Source of the DNA: Halogeometricum borinquense DSM 11551
GTDB lineage: Archaea; Halobacteriota; Halobacteria; Halobacteriales; Haloferacaceae
Direction of reading: 5' to 3'
DNA length: 32,000 nucleotides
Assembly: GCF_000172995.2 (NCBI RefSeq)
Contig: NC_014729.1
Coordinates: forward strand, 2,310,001 to 2,342,000
The position numbers and the translations under genes were made by a program. Below, in pieces: positions 8,059 to 16,388 of the stretch; position 1 is the first letter of the stretch, and every line of letters starts with the position of its first letter. The notes under the pieces are model-generated. The model was not told the origin of the DNA. It ran no database searches and was given only the letters and a program-made list of their open reading frames with translations.

Positions 8059-8679
8059 ATGACGGATAGAGGCGTGGACGAAGAGAAACGCGCGACGCTC
8101 CGCCGGTTCGCCGCACTCGGCGCGGCGACACCGTTCGTCGGCATCGGATCGGCCGAGACGGACGACGACGCCGAATCGGGGAGTGACACGCGCGACGCCA
8201 TCGTCGGCTACATCGCCTCGACGCCGGGCGCACACTTCTCGAAAGTTCGAGACGACTTACAACTCGGCACTGGCGAGACACAGTACCACCTGCGCCGTCT
8301 TGTCGAAGACGACATCGTCGAGTACCGCAGAGACGGCGACTACAAGCGGTTCTTTTCGGCCGGACGATTCACCGACTTCGAGCAGACGGCACTCGGCTAT
8401 CTCCGTCGCAGCACCGCGCGCGGAATGCTCGTTGCACTCCTGAGGGACCCCGACGCCACCGGGTCCGAACTCGCCGCAGCGTTGGATGTCTCCCGCGCGA
8501 CAGTGAGTAACTACGCGCGAAAGCTCGACGAAGTGGGTCTTCTCTCACGTGACGACGGATACGCTATCGCCCAACCGGAGACGGTTATCACGCTCTTAGT
8601 CCGCTACGCCGACTCGTTCGGCCCCGACGCTGCTGCACTCGCAGACGACGCCGCGGATCTCATTCAGTACGATCCCTGA
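8059..8679 (+). CDS. Winged helix-turn-helix transcriptional regulator (two wHTH-like modules) with Tat-like N-terminus
   Basis: ArsR/TrmB-like segments: IVGYIASTPGAHFSKVRDDLQLGTGETQYHLRRLVEDDIVEY and MLVALLRDPDATGSELAAALDVSRATVSNYARKLDEVGLLS. The N-terminus TLRRFAALGAATPFVGIGSAE resembles a twin-arginine signal. Confidence 0.8.
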   Translation: MTDRGVDEEKRATLRRFAALGAATPFVGIGSAETDDDAESGSDTRDAIVGYIASTPGAHFSKVRDDLQLGTGETQYHLRRLVEDDIVEYRRDGDYKRFFSAGRFTDFEQTALGYLRRSTARGMLVALLRDPDATGSELAAALDVSRATVSNYARKLDEVGLLSRDDGYAIAQPETVITLLVRYADSFGPDAAALADDAADLIQYDP

Positions 8680-8834
8680 CCCGACTCAACGCTCGTACCG
8701 ATTCCGAGCGCGGTTTGTACTTCAGTTGCATATAAAAGAGCGACAGCCCCGATTGACGACGGGGGCGCAGAACTATCAGTGAGACGAGACCGTGCCGCAG
8801 TCCAAGCGTCTGGGCACGATGAGTTGCCGATGGA

Positions 8835-9083
8835 TTAGACGGTGACCTTCCACGTCGTTCCCGAGGAGTATCCCCACTTCTCGATGGTAACGTCGAACTC
8901 GCCGTCGATGATAGCGCGCATGTTCGCGCCGACTTCTTTCGCCGACAGGCCGAGTTCTTGGGCGATGAGGCGTGATTTGAAGTACGTTTGTTCCGGTGCG
9001 TTCGTCCGGAGATACTGGAGGATGTTCCGTTGTTTCTCCGAGAGGTCGGTGGTCGGTGCGGCGTTCGAGGCGGTGGCGCTCAT
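8835..9083 (-). CDS. Small conserved haloarchaeal protein, wHTH-like (hypothetical)
   Basis: MSATASNAAPTTDLSEKQRNILQYLRTNAPEQTYFKSRLIAQELGLSAKEVGANMRAIIDGEFDVTIEKWGY... reads as a helix-turn-helix-like core. I chose ATG 9083 over the track start 9137. Confidence 0.65.
   Translation of the reverse strand: MSATASNAAPTTDLSEKQRNILQYLRTNAPEQTYFKSRLIAQELGLSAKEVGANMRAIIDGEFDVTIEKWGYSSGTTWKVTV
8886..8914. repeat. 29-nt repeat, copy 1 (inside the 3' coding end of the small wHTH-like gene)
   Basis: ggtaacgtcgaactcgccgtcgatgatag. It matches copy 2 at 27 of 29 positions, including an exact 19-mer. Confidence 0.8.
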
Positions 9084-9254
9084 ATCTGGAGGGATGCATG
9101 GAACGGGTATGAGGGGTTTGGTACGAGTGGTTAACACGCCGCCGTCATGCGATTTCGTCCATCCACCAGCGCCGTATGCACCGCTACCAAGGGGGCCACG
9201 GTACGGTCGGCTAACATGCTCCGATTGGAGAGCGTACAGCAGCGGTGACTAACT

Positions 9255-9283
9255 GGGAACGTCGAACTCGCCGTCGTTGATAG
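9255..9283. repeat. 29-nt repeat, copy 2 (intergenic, upstream of the aglD-like promoter)
   Basis: gggaacgtcgaactcgccgtcgttgatag, in the same orientation as copy 1. Confidence 0.8.
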
Positions 9284-9358
9284 ACGGACGCCACGTATCG
9301 GGGCCATACCGCACCCAAGGCAGAAAATACATACGCAGTGACGGGAGATACAGAGTCA

Positions 9359-11191
9359 ATGGGTCGCCCGACCGCCGAGCAGTCGGCAGCGGTAGCAGTC
9401 AGCGTTGTCCTCCCCGCCTACAACGAAGCAAACACTATCGAAGACACCGTAGAGACGACGCTCCAAACGCTCTCGTCGTTCCTCCCGGCGGGCACCTTCG
9501 AGGTCATCGTGGCCGAAGACGGCTGCGACGACCGAACGCCTGAATTGGCCGAGCAGATGGCTGCCGACGACAGCCGGATCCGACACTTCCACAGCGATGA
9601 CCGTCTCGGCCGCGGTGGCGCGCTCGAACACGCCTTCGCGGCCGCCGACGGCGACACGTTGGTCTACTTCGACACCGACCTCGCCACGGATATGGATCAC
9701 CTCGAAGAGTTGGTCGAACGCGTCCGCTCGGGCGAATACGACGTTGCGACCGGGTCGCGGTGGATGCCCGGAAACGTCGCCGACCGCCCCGCAAAACGCG
9801 GCGTTCCGAGTCGCGGATACAACCTCCTCGTCCGGACGTTTCTCGATTCGTCACTCCGCGACCACCAGTGCGGGTTCAAGGCGTTCAGCCGCGAGGTGTT
9901 CGAGGATCTGCGCGAGGATGTCGAGGACAACCACTGGTTCTGGGACACCGAGATGCTCGTGCGCGCCCAACGCGCGGGCTACCGCGTTGACGAGTTCCCG
10001 GTTCGGTGGACGCCGAAAGGAGACACGAAGGTAGATTTGGTCCGCGACGTGTTCGGGATGGGGAGTCAGATACTCCGAACGTGGTGGCAACTGATGGTTC
10101 GTCCGCGCATCACTCGCCGTGTCACACTCGTCGCTGGCGGGGTGCTCACAATCCTCGCGTTGCTGTTGATGACGCAATATATCAACTTCGAACAGGTCCT
10201 CGAAAAGATGGGGAACGCCGATCCCGTCCTCGTCGGTGTGGCGACGCTCATCTACGCTCTCTCGTGGCCGCTTCGGGGACTCCGCTACCGGGACATCCTC
10301 TCGGAGTTGGGCTTTCACGAGAAGGCGAGTTTCCTCACCGGTGCGGTGTTTATCAGTCAGACAGGGAATCTCGTCTTCCCGGCACGTCTCGGTGACTTCA
10401 TCCGTGCGTATGTGGTGAAAGCTCGCCGAGGCATTCCCTACGCCTCCGGATTCGCCTCATTGGCGGCAGAACGCGTGTTCGACCTCCTGACGATCACCGC
10501 ACTCGCCGGAATCGTCCTCATCGGCTACACCGCCACCGGCCAAACGGCCGAACTCGCACAGACCGTCGTCGGTGCCAAAGGGGCCGAACAAGTGGCCGTG
10601 CTCGTCGCCATCGTCGTTGCACTCGCCGCCATCGTCGCCGTCGTCACCATCGTTGCCTCCGCGCGGTCCGACAGCAACATCGCCGGGTCGTTAGTTCGCC
10701 GGGCGAGTTCAGACTCCTACGCGGAGTTCGTCGCCGGTATCGTCGAACGGTTCGTCGGCGACTTACAGTCCGTCGCGGGGACGCGCCGCGGGTTCGTCCG
10801 GATCAGCGTCTCAAGCCTGGCCATCTGGACGCTCGACGTGGTGACCGCGATGCTGGTCCTCGCGGCGTTCGAACCGGGACTCGCCACTGTCGAACTCGTC
10901 TCGGTGAGTTTCTTCGCCGTCAGCGTCGGCAACTTGGCGAAAGTGCTGCCACTCTCACCCGGTGGCGTCGGCCTGTACGAGGGCGCGTTCACGCTCCTCG
11001 TCATCGGTCTGACACCGGTCGGGTACCAAGTCGCCATCGGTGCGGCCATCCTCGACCACGCCGTAAAGAACATCGTCACCGTCATCGGCGGCTACGGCTC
11101 GATGATCGGTCTGAACGTCTCGCTGACGACGGCGGTCGAAGAGTCACGAGAGGTCCGAGAGGCGCGTGAGGAAGCCGCAGAACTGGATTAA
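9359..11191 (+). CDS. aglD: Family 2 glycosyltransferase (dolichyl-phosphate hexose synthase-like) fused to a multi-TM flippase-like (LPG_synthase_TM) domain; AglD-like
   Basis: GT2 signatures VVLPAYNEANTIEDTV, AEDGCDDRT and the DxD motif YFDTDLATD, with HQCGFKAF. The C-terminal ~330 aa are polytopic membrane. The symbol is assigned from the architecture plus remembered synteny with H. volcanii aglD, and is not verified. A TATA-like aaaatacata at 9324-9333 favours ATG 9359 over GTG 9338. Confidence 0.8.
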   Translation: MGRPTAEQSAAVAVSVVLPAYNEANTIEDTVETTLQTLSSFLPAGTFEVIVAEDGCDDRTPELAEQMAADDSRIRHFHSDDRLGRGGALEHAFAAADGDTLVYFDTDLATDMDHLEELVERVRSGEYDVATGSRWMPGNVADRPAKRGVPSRGYNLLVRTFLDSSLRDHQCGFKAFSREVFEDLREDVEDNHWFWDTEMLVRAQRAGYRVDEFPVRWTPKGDTKVDLVRDVFGMGSQILRTWWQLMVRPRITRRVTLVAGGVLTILALLLMTQYINFEQVLEKMGNADPVLVGVATLIYALSWPLRGLRYRDILSELGFHEKASFLTGAVFISQTGNLVFPARLGDFIRAYVVKARRGIPYASGFASLAAERVFDLLTITALAGIVLIGYTATGQTAELAQTVVGAKGAEQVAVLVAIVVALAAIVAVVTIVASARSDSNIAGSLVRRASSDSYAEFVAGIVERFVGDLQSVAGTRRGFVRISVSSLAIWTLDVVTAMLVLAAFEPGLATVELVSVSFFAVSVGNLAKVLPLSPGGVGLYEGAFTLLVIGLTPVGYQVAIGAAILDHAVKNIVTVIGGYGSMIGLNVSLTTAVEESREVREAREEAAELD

Positions 11192-11216
11192 CTCAATCCA
11201 GTGTCTTTCTGCTTGT

Positions 11217-11723
11217 TCAGTAGAGATCGCTGAGGAACGGTGCAGCGGCCGAGACGACGGCTGATTCGAGAGCATCGGTTCGGGTGAGTCGCCCACCGGT
11301 GAACGCGCCCGCGGCACCCTGTTTCTTCGCTACGTCCTCGGTTCCGAGTACGTCGTCCATCACCGGTCCGAGTTCCTCGCCTGCCGCGATGCGGTCGGCG
11401 ACGGCGTCCGGGAGGCGAAGGCTCGGTCCCGAACCGCGGCCCCAGCGGTCACCGTCGGTCACTGCGGCCCACATCACGAGAAATGGGTCCGATCCGCCCT
11501 CGAACCGTGCGACGCCGCCCTCGATGCCAACGCCGAGGTCGTACGGGCCGATGCCGAGACAGGCCGCCGCGCGATTCTCCGCACCGGTTCGGGTCTCATC
11601 GTGGCCGGTCGGTTGCTCTGCGACACCCGACGGGACCGGTTCGGCGACGACAGACGCCTCAGAGAAGACTCTCGCCGTCGCATCGCGTTTGACCGGGTTC
11701 CCGCTCCCGACTGCGATTCTCAT
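11217..11723 (-). CDS. Inosine/xanthosine triphosphatase (YjjX family non-canonical purine NTP phosphatase)
   Basis: Collinear with E. coli YjjX: GSGNPVKRDA, SGVAEQPTGHDETRTGAENRA, EELGPVMD, KKQGAAGAFTGGRLTR. Confidence 0.9.
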   Translation of the reverse strand: MRIAVGSGNPVKRDATARVFSEASVVAEPVPSGVAEQPTGHDETRTGAENRAAACLGIGPYDLGVGIEGGVARFEGGSDPFLVMWAAVTDGDRWGRGSGPSLRLPDAVADRIAAGEELGPVMDDVLGTEDVAKKQGAAGAFTGGRLTRTDALESAVVSAAAPFLSDLY

Positions 11724-11772
11724 GCGTTGACGTTGTCAGCGACCGATTTGGGCCTGTCGTTACACACCGGTG

Positions 11773-12567
11773 TTAGTGCCCGCCATCGGTGTCGGCGTGC
11801 TGATGTGAGTCGCTATGAAGCAGGTCAGCTAACGCCTCGATACCGTCAAGCAGGTTTGGACTCGGTTGGTTCAACAGGGAATCATCGAGGACGTGAACCG
11901 TCGCGTCAACGTCCCATCCGCGCTCGGAGAACAAACCGGGCGAGACACGGTCACCGTGGCCGCAGAGATGGAGGACGACGTGGTCAGGGGCTGCGCCTTC
12001 GACTACCTCGCGGGACACCTCACGGGAGCGCTCACCCGGTTTAACGAACGGACAGCGTCCGCCCGCGGCCGCGACGGCGTCGGGAACCCAGTTACCGGCG
12101 GCCATCGGCGGATCGGACCACTCCTCACAGTAGACAATCGGCCGGGAGTCAGAGTCGCTAGGGACTCGGGTCGCTACGGTTTCGAGACGCGCTCTGCTCG
12201 CCTCGGCGAGTTGCTCGCCTGCTGCCGGACGGCCGACGGCGGACCCCAGTGACTCGAACGATTCCACAACGTCGGTCAATCGCTCGGGTTCGTCGTGATA
12301 GACGGCGTAGCCTCGCTCGCGGAGTTCGTCCCGAATCTCCGACTGGAGGTCGTCGCTAGTACAGACGAGATCCGGGTCCAACTCCGCAAGGCGGTCGTAG
12401 TTAGGGTTCAACCACCCGCCCACGACTGGTGCGTCGAAGTCGCAATGGGCCGTCACGCCGACGAGACAGTCCCCGGCACCCATCGCGGTCAGTGTCGCCG
12501 TCGAACTCGGAGCGAGAGAGACGACACGGGGTGTCGTTTCCGCACCCGCTGATCCCATCTCAGACAT
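11773..12567 (-). CDS. Periplasmic-binding-protein fold, BtuF/cobalamin-binding-like protein without signal peptide
   Basis: RVVSLAPSSTATLTAMGAGDCLVGVTAHCDF...GGWLNPNYDRLAELDPDLV is typical of the class III (helical backbone) binding proteins. I see no signal peptide or lipobox. I chose ATG 12567; the track start 12636 is a TTG. Confidence 0.75.
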   Translation of the reverse strand: MSEMGSAGAETTPRVVSLAPSSTATLTAMGAGDCLVGVTAHCDFDAPVVGGWLNPNYDRLAELDPDLVCTSDDLQSEIRDELRERGYAVYHDEPERLTDVVESFESLGSAVGRPAAGEQLAEASRARLETVATRVPSDSDSRPIVYCEEWSDPPMAAGNWVPDAVAAAGGRCPFVKPGERSREVSREVVEGAAPDHVVLHLCGHGDRVSPGLFSERGWDVDATVHVLDDSLLNQPSPNLLDGIEALADLLHSDSHQHADTDGGH

Positions 12568-12792
12568 ACTCGAACGACGCTCCCCGTCACCGAAGTACGT
12601 TCCGCGTCGTAAGTAGTATATAAATGTGTACGACAATTGTTCACAAACGCGGACTGGAAGGCCTGTGCGCTCGTTTCGCGCGAGCGATTCCGAACGTCTT
12701 ATATATTGATCCTCGCTCTATGTGGTACGGAACGCTCCGGGCCTTTTCCCCCCAGTCGTGTTTGCGCTCTGGAGCATTCGTCGCCTACATCC

Positions 12793-13845
12793 ATGAGTGA
12801 GAAGAGCACCTTCACTCGCCCGAACGCGAGAACGAGAGAAGAACGAAGCGAAAGCAACGAAAGCAGGAGTCGACAGTCGATGGGCCAAAAGTGGGGCCGT
12901 CAGGACGAATCGGAAACCGAGTCCGAATCCGAGAACACAAGCGAAGACCTCACCTGCCCTGAGTGTGGCGGTAACGTCGTCGTAGACGACGAACACGGTG
13001 AGACGGTCTGTGCGGACTGTGGTCTCGTCGTCACCGAAGACTCCGTTGACCGCGGGCCGGAATGGCGCGCGTTCGACGCCGCAGAGAAAGACCAGAAGTC
13101 CCGCGTCGGTGCGCCGACGACGAACACGATGCACGACAAGGGGCTTTCGACCAACATCGACTGGCGCGACCGTGACGCCTACGGTAACTCCCTGTCGTCG
13201 AACCAGCGCCAGAAGATGCAGCGTCTCCGCAAGTGGAACGAGCGCTTCCGCACCCGCGACTCCAAAGAGCGGAATCTGAAGCAAGCGCTCGGTGAAATCG
13301 ACCGGATGGCTTCGGCCCTCGGTCTCCCCGAGAACGTCCGCGAGACGGCATCTGTTATCTACCGCCGTGCGCTGGACGACGACCTCCTTCCCGGACGCTC
13401 CATCGAGGGTGTCGCCACCTCGTGCGTTTACGCGGCCGCTCGGATGGCCGGTGTCCCGCGTTCGCTCGACGAAATTTCTGAAGTCTCGCGCGTCGAGAAG
13501 AGCGAAGTCGCCCGTACGTACCGCTACATCGCGCGCGAACTCTCCCTCGAAGTCAAGCCCGCAGACCCCGAACAGTACGTCCCGCGCTTCGGTTCGGAAC
13601 TCGGGCTCTCCGACGAGTCGAAGATGCGCGCGCGCCAACTGCTGAAGAACGCCAAAGAAAAGGGCGTTCACTCGGGTAAATCGCCCGTCGGCCTCGCCGC
13701 GGCCGCCGTCTACGCTGCCGCACTCCTCACGAACGAGAAGACGACGCAGGCCGCTGTCAGCGACGTTGCAGACATCTCTGAAGTCACGATCCGCAACCGC
13801 TACCACGAACTCCTCGAAGCCGAGGAGAGCCTCGGTCTCGCCTGA
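12793..13845 (+). CDS. tfb: Transcription initiation factor IIB (TFB)
   Basis: Zn ribbon CPECGG..CADCG, B-finger/linker region, and two cyclin-like repeats (LGLPENVRETASVIYRRA...; LGLSDESKMRARQLL...). I chose ATG 12793 over the 156-nt-longer track ORF. A TATA-like cttatatattg lies at 12698-12708. Confidence 0.93.
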   Translation: MSEKSTFTRPNARTREERSESNESRSRQSMGQKWGRQDESETESESENTSEDLTCPECGGNVVVDDEHGETVCADCGLVVTEDSVDRGPEWRAFDAAEKDQKSRVGAPTTNTMHDKGLSTNIDWRDRDAYGNSLSSNQRQKMQRLRKWNERFRTRDSKERNLKQALGEIDRMASALGLPENVRETASVIYRRALDDDLLPGRSIEGVATSCVYAAARMAGVPRSLDEISEVSRVEKSEVARTYRYIARELSLEVKPADPEQYVPRFGSELGLSDESKMRARQLLKNAKEKGVHSGKSPVGLAAAAVYAAALLTNEKTTQAAVSDVADISEVTIRNRYHELLEAEESLGLA

Positions 13846-13922
13846 TAGCAGTCTCTCGCGTTCGCCGCTCCCGACGGACGCTGTTTCTTCACACCTCCGA
13901 GCGGCCGCGCTGTCGAGAAAGG

Positions 13923-13930
13923 GTTTAGTT
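13923..13930 (+). promoter_or_regulatory. TATA-like element for aroD
   Basis: gtttagtt lies ~27 nt upstream of ATG 13953. Confidence 0.4.
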
Positions 13931-13952
13931 CCGTGACGTGGCACACTATGTC

Positions 13953-14630
13953 ATGTTCCTCTCGTTCGACTCGTTCGTCCTCGCGGCGAGTACCGCGACG
14001 CTTGCGGCCGAACCCGCGGCCCGCGAACACGCCGACGTGGTTGAGTTCCGGATGGACCTCGCGGACGACCCGTTGGCCGAACTGGACGACTACGACGGAA
14101 CGCTGCCGCTTTTGGTCACGAACCGAGCGTCGTGGGAGGGCGGCGAGTCGGAGGCTGACGAGGAGGGACGCCTCGCGTCGCTTGAACGCGCGGCACGGTA
14201 CGACGCTGTCGTCGCCGTGGACGTAGAACTCAACGCACTCGAGACAACTCGGGGCGTGACTGCGGCCGAACGACTCAGAGAGTCTAACGTGGCGGTCATC
14301 GCGTCCGTCCACGACTTCGAGAGAACGCCCGCCACGTCGGAACTCCGCCGCCTGTTGCACGAGGCGGCTACCGTCGGTGATGTCGGGAAAGTCGCTGTTA
14401 CGGCAAACAGCCGGCACGACGCACTCAGGCTACTGGAGGCGACACACGCCGCGACAGCGTGGGGCGACACCGTCGCAACGATGGGGATGGGTGAAGCGGG
14501 AAAACATACGCGAGCCGTCGCCCCGGTTTACGGGTCAAAAATCGGCTACGCTCCCGTTCACGCAGGGGAGGAGACAGCGCCCGGACAGTACGACCTCGAA
14601 TCGTTGGCGCACCTCACCGAAAGTCTGTAA
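13953..14630 (+). CDS. aroD: 3-dehydroquinate dehydratase, type I
   Basis: ADVVEFRMDL, LLVTNRASWEGG, ASVHDFERTP and KVAVTANS match type I DHQase. ATG 13953 sits 27 nt downstream of the TATA-like gtttagtt. Confidence 0.88.
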   Translation: MFLSFDSFVLAASTATLAAEPAAREHADVVEFRMDLADDPLAELDDYDGTLPLLVTNRASWEGGESEADEEGRLASLERAARYDAVVAVDVELNALETTRGVTAAERLRESNVAVIASVHDFERTPATSELRRLLHEAATVGDVGKVAVTANSRHDALRLLEATHAATAWGDTVATMGMGEAGKHTRAVAPVYGSKIGYAPVHAGEETAPGQYDLESLAHLTESL

Positions 14631-14697
14631 GCGACTCGTCACGACTGGCCGGTGAGAAACCCGACACTTAACAACTGGGAGAGCGTCGGAAACGCAC

Positions 14698-15132
14698 ATG
14701 TCGGACACACGTCGTCGAGCGTTGGTGGCCGCCTTCATCGGCGGCGTCGGCGCCAGCGTCGGTATCGCGGGTGCAGGACATGCCTATCTCCGCGAATGGC
14801 GACGCGCAGTCGCGTGGTTCACGTTCGTCCTCGGTATCGGACTTGTCCTTCTCTCGGTGTTTACCGACCCCATGTCACTGACGCTGGCAACTATCGATGA
14901 AGTCCCAGTGGAAGTAACCGCACCGATGTTTGTCCTCTTCTTTCTCAGTACGTTCGACGCCTACTACGTCGCATCGCGCAAGCCACAGGAGTCTGACAGC
15001 CTTCGATGTCCCGTCTGTCGCGGGAAACTCGACCCACAAGTGACGTTCTGTCCGTGGTGTGCGACTGAGTTCGAGAGCCGTCCCCGCCCGCCGGAGGAGT
15101 TGGACGTAGACTACGTTCAAGAAGCCGAGTAA
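14698..15132 (+). CDS. Membrane protein with C-terminal zinc-ribbon (hypothetical)
   Basis: Three hydrophobic helices, then CPVCRGKLDPQVTFCPWC. A TATA-like acttaaca lies 28 nt upstream of the ATG. Confidence 0.65.
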   Translation: MSDTRRRALVAAFIGGVGASVGIAGAGHAYLREWRRAVAWFTFVLGIGLVLLSVFTDPMSLTLATIDEVPVEVTAPMFVLFFLSTFDAYYVASRKPQESDSLRCPVCRGKLDPQVTFCPWCATEFESRPRPPEELDVDYVQEAE

Positions 15133-15175
15133 TCAAACGCAGAACGGAGGTCTGTACGATGCGACGGCGTCATCG

Positions 15176-16357
15176 CTACTTTTCGATAATACTCTCTTCG
15201 ACCGCCTCGCCGAAGTGCCGAGCAGTGTCTTCGTAGTAGAGAAGTACCTCGTCGCCGGGTTCGAGATCGGTCACCGCCGTCCGCCCGTCGCGCGTCTGGA
15301 CTTTGATGGTCTCTGCGTTCTGTAACAGCGTCTCGACGCGGTCGCCGTCGAGTTCGGCCTCGACCCGGAACATCGGCCGCTTCTCTATTTTCACGCGTCC
15401 GACGATTGCTTCACGTGTGCGGCCATCGGTATCGATGACCTGCACCTCGTCACCGCTTTTCAGTTCAGAGAGATACTTCGTGCCTCCCTCCGGCGTACGC
15501 ACGTAGGCGTGGACCGCCCCTGCGTTGACGCGGAAGGGACGTGAGGCGACGTACGGCGACTCGGCCGTCTCGGCGTGGACAAAGAACAGGCCGCGGCCCA
15601 TACTTCCGACGAGCATCCCCTCGTCGTGTTCCATCAGGTTCCCCGTATCGACGCAAACGCGGTCGGCCATCCCCGTCCGTTCGACTGCCGTCACCTCTGC
15701 CCACTGGAGGTCGAGCGACTCGCGTTCGGCCGCCTCGCGGACTTCGACGGTCCGGCGGATCTCGTCCGGGTCGTCGGTATCGAGGAGGACGCCATCGGAA
15801 CCGAGTTCGAGCGTCTCGAAGGCCGTCCGAGCCTCCTCAGCCGTGGTGACGCCCGCGATGAGGTCCGTCTCCTCGCCAATGCGCGCGATGAGATTTTCGA
15901 GCGGGATGATCGTCCAATCCTCACCGACGACGATAGTGAAATCCGCATCGTCGGCGGCCGCTTCGGCGAACGCTTCGTGGTCTTTCGAGAGAATACGAAC
16001 GTACGCCGCGTTGGCGCGGTCGTCCTCGCGGCGGAGCGTCGTCATATCCGCGGAACCGGAGAAATCGCCCGGCAGATCTACGGTACCGTCACCCTCACCG
16101 TTTTTCCCAACAACGTAGGCGTCCGCGACATCCGGATCCGACGACTCGGCTTCCTCGACGTTGTCGATGAGACTCGCATCCGCATCCGTCCGGAACGCCG
16201 CCACGTTCACGTCGCCTAACGACCGGACGCGTTCGACATCGGATTCGTCTACGAGAATCCAATCGACGCCCGATTCGAGACCGGCGGTTATCCGTCGCTT
16301 CCGCGTCTCCCAATCGCCGACGCTGTCATCGGCTTTCAACCAGACGCTCCGTGTCAT
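15176..16357 (-). CDS. aroB': 3-dehydroquinate synthase II (archaeal type)
   Basis: Length and motifs (VWLKADD..WILVDE, GMADRVCVDT, RPFRVNAGAVHAY) fit the archaeal DHQ synthase II family. It is adjacent to aroD and the ADH synthase gene. Confidence 0.92.
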   Translation of the reverse strand: MTRSVWLKADDSVGDWETRKRRITAGLESGVDWILVDESDVERVRSLGDVNVAAFRTDADASLIDNVEEAESSDPDVADAYVVGKNGEGDGTVDLPGDFSGSADMTTLRREDDRANAAYVRILSKDHEAFAEAAADDADFTIVVGEDWTIIPLENLIARIGEETDLIAGVTTAEEARTAFETLELGSDGVLLDTDDPDEIRRTVEVREAAERESLDLQWAEVTAVERTGMADRVCVDTGNLMEHDEGMLVGSMGRGLFFVHAETAESPYVASRPFRVNAGAVHAYVRTPEGGTKYLSELKSGDEVQVIDTDGRTREAIVGRVKIEKRPMFRVEAELDGDRVETLLQNAETIKVQTRDGRTAVTDLEPGDEVLLYYEDTARHFGEAVEESIIEK

Positions 16358-16380
16358 CGTCGGAGAGACTCGGTGACAGG

Positions 16381-16388
16381 GTTAAAGC
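16381..16388 (-). promoter_or_regulatory. TATA-like element for aroB'
   Basis: The minus strand reads ctttaac ~28 nt upstream of the start at 16357. Confidence 0.4.

Noticed and set aside
6970-8235. 421-aa minus-strand ORF spanning the SPFH gene, the intergenic spacer and the regulator start
   Set aside because: It is Ser/Arg/Cys-rich and non-halophilic, and it runs antisense across two good genes and a spacer. It is a GC-driven open frame.
9249-9332. 27-aa minus-strand mini-ORF containing copy 2 of the 29-nt repeat (…INDGEFDVPS)
   Set aside because: Its ATG lies inside the TATA-like element of the aglD-like gene, and only the repeat portion resembles the neighbouring protein. I treat it as a possible relic, not a gene.
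12720-12800. 26-codon upstream ORF overlapping the tfb start codon
   Set aside because: Its ATG lies only ~17 nt from the centre of the putative TATA element, so it is probably not on the transcript. I have no conservation evidence.
12718-13944. 408-aa minus-strand ORF antisense to tfb
   Set aside because: It is a shadow ORF of a well-supported TFB gene, with basic Arg/Gly-rich composition.
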